From: a virus
Virus record (IMG/VR): IMGVR_UViG_3300016476_000533
Coordinates: 1 to 61,257 of that record
Direction: 5' to 3' (one strand)
Length of the DNA stretch: 61,257 nucleotides
Within the stretch, counting starts at the first letter, position 1. Every line of letters starts with the position of its first letter. This document shows, piece after piece, positions 8,639 to 17,208 of the stretch. Below the pieces are notes generated by a model, which did no database searches, was not told the origin of the DNA, and was given only the letters and a program-made list of their open reading frames with translations. Position numbers and translations under genes: made by a program.

Positions 8639-9067
8639 TTAGATGAAAGCCTTGATGGCGAGCGGGTCGCCCGTCACAAGGCCGAGGATGTCGAGGTCGT
8701 TGAACAGGGCGAGGATGGCTTCATCCTCTCCATCGCTCGTCGCCACAGTCCAGCGATCACCGCCGTACTTGGGGACCCGAACGAAATCGCCCGGCGCGCA
8801 CCACGCACCTTCGGGCCACGTCGTCATGGTATTCCGGTTCTTGAAGGCCAGTTCGCCGACGGCGATGACCTTCGCCACCTGCGTGTTGTAGTGCTCGGTC
8901 TCGCGGGTGTCGGCGGTCAGGATGATGCCGCCCTTCGTGACCTTCTTGGGGGTCCGAAACTGGACCAGGACCCGTGAGCCATACGGCTTCACCAGCGGGT
9001 CACACGGCGGGAACGCTTCGTCCACGGTGCCGTAGTCGAACGCGATCTTGTTCGCGATACTCTGCAT
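8639..9067 (-). CDS. groES: GroES/Cpn10-like co-chaperonin
   Basis: PYGSRVLVQF..KVTKGGIILT...AKVIAVG...PGDFVRVPKYGG...DILGLV follows the GroES pattern (RVLV, mobile-loop GGI, VxAVG, GD.V). Confidence 0.7.
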   Translation of the reverse strand: MQSIANKIAFDYGTVDEAFPPCDPLVKPYGSRVLVQFRTPKKVTKGGIILTADTRETEHYNTQVAKVIAVGELAFKNRNTMTTWPEGAWCAPGDFVRVPKYGGDRWTVATSDGEDEAILALFNDLDILGLVTGDPLAIKAFI

Positions 9068-9076
9068 TTTTGCTCC

Positions 9077-9271
9077 TCATATGTCGAACTTGCCGCGTTC
9101 CGATTCCTCAAAAAGGTTCGCGATCATGTTCCGGGTGTTCTCGTAGCCCTGGTACAGGCCGACAGCGCGACCATACTCAAAGGCGTCACGCCCGACGGGC
9201 GTGCTCAGGAGGCTGCGAGCAACTTCGGCTTGCGCCTGCTCCAGCCTCCTGAGAAGCATCTCTGGCGTCAC
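9077..9271 (-). CDS. Hypothetical protein (64 aa; GTG start, alternative ATG at 9259)
   Basis: ORF track. Confidence 0.5.
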   Translation of the reverse strand: MTPEMLLRRLEQAQAEVARSLLSTPVGRDAFEYGRAVGLYQGYENTRNMIANLFEESERGKFDI

Positions 9272-9381
9272 TTGGGCGGCAGAGGGCCTTTGCGCGCGTT
9301 GTCAGGGCGCGGCTTGCCCGTGGTGGCCAGCATGTGGTGCTGGGGCACAGGGCCTTTCGTCTTGTCGGTGGGCTTGGCCAC
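9268..9381 (-). CDS. Small basic protein (37 aa, below the ORF-track cutoff)
   Basis: GTG at 9379-9381 preceded by AGGAGA. Very high GC3. Stop overlaps the next start (GTGA). Sequence (M)AKPTDKTKGPVPQHHMLATTGKPRPDNARKGPLPPK. Confidence 0.4.
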   Translation of the reverse strand: MAKPTDKTKGPVPQHHMLATTGKPRPDNARKGPLPPK

Positions 9382-9391
9382 AGGCAATCTC

Positions 9392-11890
9392 CTACGGAGA
9401 GGGGTTGGCGTTGGGGTTCTTTGCAGGCTCCACGGACCCGCCGTGCTCGATGTCAAGCAGGGCCAGTTCCATGGCGGTGCGGTTGTCCTCGTTGTTCATC
9501 GAGATGCGCGACTGGACCTCGACGTTGGTCCGCTCGTTCTCGGCCTGCTGGCGCATCTGCTCCTGTTGCATCTCCAGCGCCGCGTCCTGCTGGTCGCGCT
9601 GCGCCTCGACCTGATCGCGCTGCTGCTCGATCTGGAGGCGCTGGGCGTCCAGTTGCGCCTTGGCCTGGTCGGCGGCGGCGCGACGCTTCGTCTCCTCCTG
9701 AGCCGCCTGCACGGCGGGGTCCACCGGAGGCGGCGGGGTGAACTGCTGCATGACCTGCATCGCGGCCTGAATGACCTCGGGCAGTTGGCCGAACGCCTCG
9801 ACGGACTGCTTGGCCACGGTCATGGACGCCTCGGCCAGCAGGCGGTCAAACGCCTTCTTGTCCTCGACGCTCTTGTTCTCGCGGGTCGCGTCGCCGAGGT
9901 CGGAACCCAGCACCTCGGAGCCGAGTTCGTAGACCTGCTGGGCATACCACAGGGCGACGTGCTCCTTGATGTGGTTCAGGATGCCGGGGATGTAGGTCGG
10001 CGCGATCAGTTGGCTCATGCCCAGCGTCGGGCTCATCAGGAACGACAGGTGCGCCTGCAAGTGGGCGACGTGGTCCTGCTGCGGGAAGGCGATGACCGGC
10101 CGGCCCATGACCAGCGCCACGTTCTCGGCCACCGCGTTCTGCTCCTTCGGCTCGACGGGCGGCACCAGGAGGTCAACGGCGTTGGGCACCTTGAGCGTCT
10201 CAAGGATGCGCTCCTCGACCTTGCGCTGGTTGTAGATCATCGGTTGCGCAGCGGCGCGCTGGGCGATGGTCTGGATTTGCGCGATGCGCTGCGCCTCGGA
10301 GAAGATGTTGGGGTCGCTGACCGGCACGACATCCATCGGCCCGGCGAAGTCGGCTCGGGTCGCGATCTCCTCGCCGAGTTCCTCCTCCTGCATCTCGTCG
10401 TCGAGATACATGCCGTTGAGGCGGTGCAGGATGCGCAGGACCCGCGCCATGGCGTTGTGCAGGCGCATGTGGATGGCGCTGAACACCACCATGCCCTGCT
10501 CGATCTTCGCCATGGTCGTGCCGACCGGCACGTTGGCGTTGCCGTCGGACACGTCGTCCATCGTCGTGCGCACGACGCCCTTGCCCGACTCCACGAGGAA
10601 GCCGAGCAGTTGGAACAGGACGCCCGACGGCTGGTTGAACGGGAGCGGCATCGCGACCTTGCGGATGTCGTCCACGTTGATGCCGCCCTCGACCTCGGCG
10701 ACCTGCGTCGGCTGGATGTCGAGGCTCTGGCCCCCGATGCCCGCGCCCTTCAGCTTGAGCATGGTCTGCGAGTTGCTGATGTGCGCCGAGTCCAGTAGCG
10801 CCCGCAGCGCGCCGGTCGCCGCGGCGGACACGCCGCCGATCATGTGGATCAGGCCAATCGGATACGCCCCGCGCCACGGCACGAAGGGGAACTCCACGAA
10901 CCACTGGAGTTCTTCCTTGACCTCGTCGTCCTCATCCCAGTTGCGGTAGATGCTCAGGACCTTGGACGTGGCCTTGTCGATGGTCAGGATGTAGGGCGCC
11001 GGACCATCCTCGATGTCCAGTTGCGCGTAGATCTCGAACACCGTGCGCAGGCCGTCCTCGTTGAAGGCGGTCTCCTCGCGGCCCTCGACCTTGTCGTTGG
11101 CGATGTCGGCCTTGCTGCGCTCCGGGTCCATGCCAGGCGCCGTCATGTCCACGTCGCGATACATGCCGCTCGCCACGCGGGCCGCGTAGTCCTGCTCGGT
11201 CAGGTACTGGACGTGGGTCTTGCGCTGCGCGGTGTAGAAGTTGGTCGCCGCGAAGGGGATCAGCATCTCGTCAATGGCGACGAACAGGAACTGCGGGCGG
11301 TTCTTCGCCTCGTTCCACGTCACCTTGAGGTACTGGGCGCCGCCGAGCGGCACCTGAGTCAGAAGCTGCTCCAGTTCAGAGCGGAACTCCGGCGACTGGA
11401 CGGTCAACTGCCAGTTCATGAAGGCCGTCTTGCGACGCGCCTTGCGCACCTTGTCCCGCGTCACCTTGCCGGGGATGAAGTCCTTGGCCGGACCCGACGC
11501 GGGGAACAATTCCTTGATGGCGCGTGACGAGAAGTCCACGCACGCCTCGGTCAGGAGCGGGTGGACGACGCGGCTGGCCCCCTGGAACTGGGCGCCGCCG
11601 GGCGCGTCGTCGCCAAGGCCCGTGCGCCGGATGCCCTCCTCGTACTGCTCGTCGCGCTTGGCGCGAGCCTCCTTGTCGCGGTTGACGAGGTCGAGGAAAG
11701 TGGTGGCCAGAGCCTTCAGTTCGCTCTCGGGGAGCGTCTCGGCCAGGTTCTCAAGGAAGCCTTTGGAGGGCTCGTCGTCCTCCTCGCCCATCTTGACGAT
11801 GGCCCCGCCGTCCTCGGTGTCCTCGACGTCGCTGTCGTCCTCGATCTCAAGGAACTCGCCCTCTTCCGGCAGGTCGTCTTCGGGGTCCAT
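9392..11890 (-). CDS. Portal protein (832 aa) with a Gln/Glu-rich helical C-terminal extension
   Basis: Large ORF immediately downstream of the large terminase; size and position are typical of a portal. Confidence 0.7.
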   Translation of the reverse strand: MDPEDDLPEEGEFLEIEDDSDVEDTEDGGAIVKMGEEDDEPSKGFLENLAETLPESELKALATTFLDLVNRDKEARAKRDEQYEEGIRRTGLGDDAPGGAQFQGASRVVHPLLTEACVDFSSRAIKELFPASGPAKDFIPGKVTRDKVRKARRKTAFMNWQLTVQSPEFRSELEQLLTQVPLGGAQYLKVTWNEAKNRPQFLFVAIDEMLIPFAATNFYTAQRKTHVQYLTEQDYAARVASGMYRDVDMTAPGMDPERSKADIANDKVEGREETAFNEDGLRTVFEIYAQLDIEDGPAPYILTIDKATSKVLSIYRNWDEDDEVKEELQWFVEFPFVPWRGAYPIGLIHMIGGVSAAATGALRALLDSAHISNSQTMLKLKGAGIGGQSLDIQPTQVAEVEGGINVDDIRKVAMPLPFNQPSGVLFQLLGFLVESGKGVVRTTMDDVSDGNANVPVGTTMAKIEQGMVVFSAIHMRLHNAMARVLRILHRLNGMYLDDEMQEEELGEEIATRADFAGPMDVVPVSDPNIFSEAQRIAQIQTIAQRAAAQPMIYNQRKVEERILETLKVPNAVDLLVPPVEPKEQNAVAENVALVMGRPVIAFPQQDHVAHLQAHLSFLMSPTLGMSQLIAPTYIPGILNHIKEHVALWYAQQVYELGSEVLGSDLGDATRENKSVEDKKAFDRLLAEASMTVAKQSVEAFGQLPEVIQAAMQVMQQFTPPPPVDPAVQAAQEETKRRAAADQAKAQLDAQRLQIEQQRDQVEAQRDQQDAALEMQQEQMRQQAENERTNVEVQSRISMNNEDNRTAMELALLDIEHGGSVEPAKNPNANPSP

Positions 11891-11897
11891 GCAGGCC

Positions 11898-13325
11898 TCA
11901 GATGGCGTAGGGGTTCACGGCCGCTTTGCGTACGATTGGCGTATCGCGGACAGACTTCTTTTCCCTCTTTACACCCGAAAGAAGGTTCTTGTCTATGGCG
12001 ACCCGCACGGCCTGGCTGACCGAGTCGACGTAGTCGTCGTGCTTGATGCTGCCGGGACCGCGGAACGCGCAAAGCTGCTCCAGCATCGGCTCGGTCCACG
12101 TCTTGGGCCTGCCCTCGTACTTCTCGCTCTCGGGCAACCAGACCATCTTGCGGGCAAAGATGTGGCTGACGAGGTGCAGGCGGGTCAACTTGTCCGCCCG
12201 CCCCGGATTGTAGGCGTAGGCGTGGATCCCCTCGCGGGCGAGCATCTGGCGCAGGCTGATGCCGCTGCCCTTGTCCTCGATCAGCAGCATGTCGGGCTTG
12301 CGCCCGCTGCCCTGCGGCTTGGACGAGCCGATCAGCGGCTTGATGAGCGCGGCGTCCTCGTCGTCGCCGTACGCCACGTTCATCTCGTGCTTGACCTTCT
12401 TGATGAGGTCGGGAAGGCCGAGGTGGTCGCTCCAGCAGTCCAGAAGCAGCAGGTGCATCACGTCCTCGTGCCAGAACACGCCCCACACGGTGCAGGCAGT
12501 CGGGTCAGGATCGTGCGTGCGCCGGTCCAGCGTCTTCTCGGTGAAGGCCGTGTCCAGCGACATGATGATGAACTCGAAGGCGGGAAGCGGTTTTTTGCTC
12601 GGCCAAAGGTTAAACCACGACCGCGAGATGATCCCGCCCTCCTCGCCGTCGATCAGTTCGCCGTCGAGTTCCTGACGCCCGAGTTTCGTGCCCTCGTACT
12701 TCTTCAACTGCTCGAAGAACGATGTGGGAAGGTTCGCCTTGTTGTCGTAGGTCGAGCCCCGTGTAATTATGCGGCCAGGTTTGGGTTCTGTGAGTTTACG
12801 GACAAGCGTTTTTGGTTTAGGAGTAGAAGTCCAAACAACGCGCGGGTGCGGCCCAAGACGAAGGCCGAACATCATCATGTCCCACGTCTCTTCATCTCTG
12901 CCCCAAGCCGCCAATTCATCGCACCACACGTCGGCGAACTGTGGCCCCCGCAGTCGTTCTGGCTCTTCGGCGCTGAAACCTCTGATAGTCGCTTTATTTA
13001 TTAGCGTGATTTGCAGATTGGTTTTGTTGTAGTCCGCCACGAGTTCGGGTGGTATGATGTTTAGCAGTCCGGAATGACCCTCAAAGCACGTGAACCGCAC
13101 GTCGTTGAGCGTCGGGGCGATTACAGCCCTCGGCAAGTGGTCAGGATCGCGATAAGCCTGTTTTCCAAGCCACTCCGCGCCTACCCGCGACTTCCCTGCG
13201 CCGCGGCCCATCTGTAGCCCCCACTCCGACCAGTCGCCTTCCGGCGGGAGTTGCTGCGAACGGGCCGTTGCGTGCCATTTCGCCTGCCAGGTGAGGAACA
13301 GCAGGTCCTCCTTGGACAGCGCCAT
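11898..13325 (-). CDS. terL: Terminase large subunit
   Basis: Walker A GRGAGKS, Walker B-like VWCDELAAW, C-terminal nuclease-type region. The ORF track starts at TTG 13388, but GC3 collapses upstream of ATG 13325. Confidence 0.9.
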   Translation of the reverse strand: MALSKEDLLFLTWQAKWHATARSQQLPPEGDWSEWGLQMGRGAGKSRVGAEWLGKQAYRDPDHLPRAVIAPTLNDVRFTCFEGHSGLLNIIPPELVADYNKTNLQITLINKATIRGFSAEEPERLRGPQFADVWCDELAAWGRDEETWDMMMFGLRLGPHPRVVWTSTPKPKTLVRKLTEPKPGRIITRGSTYDNKANLPTSFFEQLKKYEGTKLGRQELDGELIDGEEGGIISRSWFNLWPSKKPLPAFEFIIMSLDTAFTEKTLDRRTHDPDPTACTVWGVFWHEDVMHLLLLDCWSDHLGLPDLIKKVKHEMNVAYGDDEDAALIKPLIGSSKPQGSGRKPDMLLIEDKGSGISLRQMLAREGIHAYAYNPGRADKLTRLHLVSHIFARKMVWLPESEKYEGRPKTWTEPMLEQLCAFRGPGSIKHDDYVDSVSQAVRVAIDKNLLSGVKREKKSVRDTPIVRKAAVNPYAI

Positions 13326-13345
13326 CAACTGTTCACGGGTGTAGG

Positions 13346-13582
13346 TCAATGGATCGTGCTCCGCTCCACGATGTTGAACATCTCGCAAGGCAGGAGAATG
13401 AAGCCCTTGGCGCCGAACGGGGCGGCGTCCACCCGGAACGTGCAGACCGCGTCCATGTCGTCGGTCGTCTCGCCGGCGGCGTCGTATGTCGCCGTGATCT
13501 CGGCGCTCCTGCCGTCGTCCAGCAGCAGTTTGCGGTGTTGCAGGGTCACGCAGCCGGTGGCCGTCACGACGTCCTGCAACAC
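13346..13582 (-). CDS. Hypothetical protein (about 78 aa; GTG start inferred)
   Basis: High GC3 in this frame; start chosen just after the upstream stop at 13593. Confidence 0.5.
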   Translation of the reverse strand: MLQDVVTATGCVTLQHRKLLLDDGRSAEITATYDAAGETTDDMDAVCTFRVDAAPFGAKGFILLPCEMFNIVERSTIH

Positions 13583-13592
13583 CGCATGTGGG

Positions 13593-13811
13593 TCACTCGC
13601 CTTCAAAGGACGGCTCGGGGACGCCTTCAGGCCACCAGCCGTCCAGAAGCGCGTCCATGACGACAGAAACCGGGCCAGAGACTTCAATCTCGTCGTTCTC
13701 CATGCGCCGGACGCGCCGCTCGCCGTTGGCCCCGAACCGCAGGATCCCCGCCAACTCGCCGCGGGTCAGCCCGAGGTCCTCGCGGGCCTCTCTCAGTTCA
13801 TCGCCCGTCAT
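13593..13811 (-). CDS. Small helix-turn-helix protein (72 aa; alternative start 13877)
   Basis: MTGDELREAREDLGLTRGELAGILRF... is an XRE-like HTH; GC3 is low upstream of 13811. Confidence 0.5.
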   Translation of the reverse strand: MTGDELREAREDLGLTRGELAGILRFGANGERRVRRMENDEIEVSGPVSVVMDALLDGWWPEGVPEPSFEGE

Positions 13812-13890
13812 ACGTTCCACCACGCCAGGAGCAGGAGGGCATATAAGCCCCACACCGCCAGTATGCCAGTCACCCATTTCGCCTTCGACC

Positions 13891-14070
13891 TCATCGGATG
13901 GGCGCCGTGATGATGGCCAGAGCCGTGAAGGCGATTGCCACAGCGCCAAGGAACACCGCCAGCCAGTCGGGACACATCCCCTCGCCGGGGCCGTACCGCC
14001 GGTTGAACGTGTCCCTGATGGACGAGCCGATGGCCCGCCCGATCTCTTGCAGGAGCCAGCCGGGGTTCAT
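13891..14070 (-). CDS. Small membrane protein (59 aa)
   Basis: ATG 14068-14070 overlaps the upstream stop (ATGA); C-terminal hydrophobic helix WLAVFLGAVAIAFTALAIITA. Confidence 0.55.
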   Translation of the reverse strand: MNPGWLLQEIGRAIGSSIRDTFNRRYGPGEGMCPDWLAVFLGAVAIAFTALAIITAPIR

Positions 14071-14387
14071 CTTGGGTCTCCCCACCCTTGACACCCCCAC
14101 CCGTAAGCGTCCTCGGCTGTGGGCTCGTCGCCGTCTTTCAACCACACAAAGTCCTCTGGGTGTCGCTCGTTCAGCCGGGTAAGCATGTCGCTCATCTGGA
14201 TTAGGTAGCGTGACGCCATGTCTTCCAGTTCCGCCACCCTCGCCTCCAGTTCCTTGATGCGGGCGGCCCGGACCAAGACAGCGGCGAGGTCGGCGGTCTT
14301 CACCATGACCCCGACCGACTCCAGTGACACAAGATGGTTGAGTTGAGCGGTTAGCCTCTCGACGGCCTCGTCGGGTTCAGTCATCAC
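14067..14387 (-). CDS. Hypothetical protein (106 aa)
   Basis: ORF track; translationally coupled chain. Confidence 0.6.
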   Translation of the reverse strand: MMTEPDEAVERLTAQLNHLVSLESVGVMVKTADLAAVLVRAARIKELEARVAELEDMASRYLIQMSDMLTRLNERHPEDFVWLKDGDEPTAEDAYGWGCQGWGDPR

Positions 14388-14752
14388 GCTTCTCCCCGGT
14401 ATTTGGCGAGAACGTTGCGGGCGCGGCCACCGACGCCATCAAGGCGAACAGCGTCAATCTCCACATACTCCACCAACACCTTCGCCCGCTCCCGCTCCTG
14501 CTCTCGGGCCATGCGGGCTCCGGCGAGGTAGGCGCGTTGGGGGTCGCCGTCGCCTTCCTCGCTGCCCCACCACTCCATAAACGCCCAGATATCCGGGTTC
14601 ACAGGCTCAGGCTCAGGCGGGGTCCAGTTTTCGCGGGCGAGGCGGGCGGCTACGGTGGCAATGTCGGGTATGGTGGGATCGTTGGGATCGCCGCTACTCC
14701 AGAGACGTTCAGCCTCTTTAGCCCGCGCTTCGTCCAGTTCCTCGGGGGTCAT
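14384..14752 (-). CDS. Hypothetical protein (122 aa)
   Basis: ORF track. Confidence 0.6.
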   Translation of the reverse strand: MTPEELDEARAKEAERLWSSGDPNDPTIPDIATVAARLARENWTPPEPEPVNPDIWAFMEWWGSEEGDGDPQRAYLAGARMAREQERERAKVLVEYVEIDAVRLDGVGGRARNVLAKYRGEA

Positions 14753-14940
14753 CGTGCATCCTCCACACCGACTAGGTTTCCGTTTTCGTCCTCTTGCCCA
14801 TCAAGGTAGTGTTTTCCTTGGTCGCACAGGAAAAAATACCCGTGGGCGTCTAGATGAACTTTGTGCAGGCCCGCTTTCACACAAGTAAAGCCCTCGTCCA
14901 GCTTGATATTTGCGCCGGGCTTCAAATCTTCCATTCTCAT
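14749..14940 (-). CDS. Hypothetical protein (63 aa)
   Basis: ORF track; ends ...VEDAR, as does the next gene upstream. Confidence 0.55.
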   Translation of the reverse strand: MRMEDLKPGANIKLDEGFTCVKAGLHKVHLDAHGYFFLCDQGKHYLDGQEDENGNLVGVEDAR

Positions 14941-15119
14941 CGTGCATCCTCCACATCAAACTGCGGCGTCTCGGGGATCAGGCCAGCTTTGACCGCGTTG
15001 TAGCGGGCGACTTTGTAGAGGCCGTAGTTTACGGGCCACCATACGGGCCCTTTACCGCGCTCGCAGTCCATCATTTGCTCGTGTGCGTTGTAATAGGCTT
15101 GCAGGATCGGGTCAGTCAT
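14937..15119 (-). CDS. Hypothetical protein (60 aa; start MTDPILQ)
   Basis: ATG 15117-15119 in an ATGACTGA overlap with the upstream stop. Confidence 0.55.
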   Translation of the reverse strand: MTDPILQAYYNAHEQMMDCERGKGPVWWPVNYGLYKVARYNAVKAGLIPETPQFDVEDAR

Positions 15120-15423
15120 GTTGTGCCTCCACAAAGTCGCGTTCGTAGCCGTTCTGATATTCGGGGGTGGGCAGGGCCTTCAGGACCACGGTGTTGAGCG
15201 CAGCCTTGGTTTCCTCGGAAAGCCGCCCCTTAGAAGCTAGCCCAAGCGCCGCACTCAGGGCGTGACGGGTCTCAGCCAACTCGTGTCGCTGCACCCGGTA
15301 GGCGGCTGTTACCCCTTCGGTGATAGCCATAGACGCCACCCCGGCAAGGTTCGGGTATTTGCCTAGAACCTCCAAGATCACGGAGGTCATACGCTGTTGA
15401 GCGTCATACTCATCGCGGTTCAT
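15112..15423 (-). CDS. Hypothetical protein (103 aa)
   Basis: ORF track. Confidence 0.6.
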   Translation of the reverse strand: MNRDEYDAQQRMTSVILEVLGKYPNLAGVASMAITEGVTAAYRVQRHELAETRHALSAALGLASKGRLSEETKAALNTVVLKALPTPEYQNGYERDFVEAQHD

Positions 15424-15799
15424 TGTCGTATCCCATGTTGTCGGCTTGCGCCTCGCTCGTTAGCTGGTCCAGCACGGCTTCGCGGGCGATGGTGTCGGGG
15501 TTGAGGGCGCGGAGGTCTTCGGCGTGAGTCGCAAAAGCAATCGCCGCGTCGAAGTATCCTTCCTTCCGACACCTGTCGGCGTATTCGTGGGCCGCTTCTT
15601 CCGCAGCCTCCAGCCCTAGGCGGATGCCCTCAAGCCGGGCGGCGTCGATCAAGTGTTGATTGAGGATGCGGTAGCGAAAACCGTAATCCCAATCATTTTC
15701 CCAACCGTATGTGGGTATGTCCCCATCGTAATCGGTCTGCACCCACACATCATCATCAACCGGCTGGGGTCCGCCGTCGTGTTCGCGCCAGTCAGTCAT
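15410..15799 (-). CDS. Hypothetical protein (129 aa) with an MTDWxEHDGGxxP N-terminal module
   Basis: ORF track; N-terminus resembles that of the next gene upstream. Confidence 0.6.
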   Translation of the reverse strand: MTDWREHDGGPQPVDDDVWVQTDYDGDIPTYGWENDWDYGFRYRILNQHLIDAARLEGIRLGLEAAEEAAHEYADRCRKEGYFDAAIAFATHAEDLRALNPDTIAREAVLDQLTSEAQADNMGYDNEPR

Positions 15800-16184
15800 T
15801 GATCGCCCTCCTCAGATACCAGATGGCCTTGGACAGGTCTTCCTTGGCCGATCCCTTCTTCCCGGCGCGGCTGATGTACTTCAGCGCGTTGCCGAGGCAG
15901 TAGGACCGGAAGCCGTCAGGCCCCAGCTTGGCGCGGATGAAGTCGATGGTCTCGATCCCACCGTCGGTGTAGTGCGACGGGTGGTTGACCATGTCGGGCA
16001 CGGGATTTTGGGGGACGACACGGTAGGCGACGATGTCGCAGTCCTCGCAAAGCTCCACGCCCCACTGCCACTCAAAGCGGCCAGCGGGTCCCGTTAACTC
16101 CTTGCCGTCTTGCCGCCGCAGGACGACCTGCGTCCGCGGCGGCACGGGACACTCGCCGCCGCTCCATTCGATCCAGTCAGTCAT
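15792..16184 (-). CDS. DUF3310-type phage protein with an MTDWIEWSGGECP N-terminal module
   Basis: HPSHYTDGGIETIDFI...GNALKYISRAGKKGSAKEDLSKAIWYL matches the DUF3310 signature. Confidence 0.7.
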   Translation of the reverse strand: MTDWIEWSGGECPVPPRTQVVLRRQDGKELTGPAGRFEWQWGVELCEDCDIVAYRVVPQNPVPDMVNHPSHYTDGGIETIDFIRAKLGPDGFRSYCLGNALKYISRAGKKGSAKEDLSKAIWYLRRAIND

Positions 16185-16402
16185 TGGTCGGTCTCCATGG
16201 ACGCGATGCGCTTTAACGCCCGGATGTAGTCGTCAAGCGCGGCGCTCTTCTCCTCGTCGGTGGCGGGGCCGTTCGTGCGGCTGTCCGCCCGCAGCACCGC
16301 GCTCGGGCCACTCCCGCCGCGTCGGCGCAGGCGGATCTCCGCGGTGTACCAGTCGTCAGGCCCGGCGCCCTTCGACAGGAAGGCCCAGATGTCTTCGCTC
16401 AT
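16181..16402 (-). CDS. Hypothetical protein (73 aa), first gene of the leftward operon
   Basis: ORF track; GGAGA RBS upstream. Confidence 0.55.
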   Translation of the reverse strand: MSEDIWAFLSKGAGPDDWYTAEIRLRRRGGSGPSAVLRADSRTNGPATDEEKSAALDDYIRALKRIASMETDQ

Positions 16403-16465
16403 TGTTCAGTCTCCAGGGGCCATGCGTGGCCCGCGGCCCGGCCACAATCGGCCCGGCGAGACTGG

Positions 16466-16494
16466 ACATTAGACGACGGAGGAGACCGGCGCAA
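16466..16494 (-). promoter_or_regulatory. Candidate sigma70-type promoter for the leftward operon (TTGCGC-N17-TAATGT)
   Basis: Read on the minus strand, about 57 nt upstream of the 16402 start. Confidence 0.3.
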
Positions 16495-16965
16495 CTCGTT
16501 TAAGTGTCACGAGGGGTGGGTTGTGCGCAAAAATCTGAGAGGCGGGTCGGTTTCGTGGGCGAAGGGGTGGGGGATCTTTTGCCGCGAAGGGGTCTGTTCG
16601 GGGGTTTTGCGGCATTTGCTCAACGAAAACAGCGGCGTAACATTTGCTCGGGTTTTGATCGCCATAATCTTTGAGTTATGCGGGGTGGGTCGGCGCATAA
16701 CAGGGAGGCTATGTGTAAGTAGCGTTTAACTGTTATCGGTGAGGGTGTGAAAAAATTGTGAGTGGCCCTGGACCAGTACTCGCCGCTCTCAGACTTGGGG
16801 TATGGGGGTCCAGCCGCAACCGGCCGCCGCGCCCCCAGCTATCCGCCCCTCGCCAACAGATCCGCCAGGCACGCGCCTAGCCAATCGTCAACACCTAATC
16901 GCTCCCATGGCCCACGGCACAGTGTCGCACGTGCGGCGGATTGTCGCACCTTGTCAACAAGCCGC

Positions 16966-16993
16966 TTGACACGCGCCGGCATAGCTATAAGGT
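16966..16993 (+). promoter_or_regulatory. Candidate early promoter (TTGACAC ... GCTATAAG/TAAGGT), preceded by two TGTCGCAC repeats
   Basis: CCGCTTGACAC is shared with the 19553 promoter. Resembles the alphaproteobacterial TTGACgS-N-GCTANAWC form. Confidence 0.45.
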
Positions 16994-17008
16994 CAACGCC
17001 ATTGGACG

Positions 17009-17025
17009 GGCGCCACGGTGGCGCC
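17009..17025 (+). promoter_or_regulatory. 5'-UTR stem-loop GGCGCC-ACGGT-GGCGCC upstream of the RBS
   Basis: First of six copies of the GCCAYGGTGGC hairpin, located 17-22 nt before a start codon. Confidence 0.5.
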
Positions 17026-17046
17026 TCGCATTGGAGGGACTAGCCC

Positions 17047-17208
17047 ATGACTGCCCGCGAAATCCGCGACGCCTTTGAAACTTGCATCATGCAAAGCCTT
17101 CAGGCAGGCGAAGTCACCGTCAATCAAGCGCGCGCGATTCGCGCACTAGCAGACGATTTGTCAGACGATAGCTGGCAGACACTGGCGGCCGCCGTCACGT
17201 CCGACTAA
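17047..17208 (+). CDS. Small early protein (53 aa, below the ORF-track cutoff)
   Basis: GGAGGGACTAGCCC-ATG context; MTAREIRDAFETCIMQSLQAGEVTVNQARAIRALADDLSDDSWQTLAAAVTSD. Confidence 0.5.
   Translation: MTAREIRDAFETCIMQSLQAGEVTVNQARAIRALADDLSDDSWQTLAAAVTSD

Noticed and set aside
9230-10798. 522-aa plus-strand ORF, with other long ORFs, lying antisense to the portal gene
   Set aside because: Arg/Leu/Gly/His-rich composition, typical of shadow ORFs in GC-rich DNA. The minus-strand portal frame has the coherent protein sequence and the operon context.
13326-13388. TTG start at 13388 for the large terminase, as given by the ORF track
   Set aside because: Third-position GC collapses in this stretch, and it overlaps the 3' end of a high-GC3 upstream gene. 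ATG 13325 (MALSKEDLLF...) is preferred.
16403-17046. ORFs 16523..16729 (+), 16507..16698 (-) and 16762..17043 (+) in the divergent control region
   Set aside because: Low-complexity, non-genome-like composition. They have no RBS and overlap the candidate promoter. Treated as non-coding.
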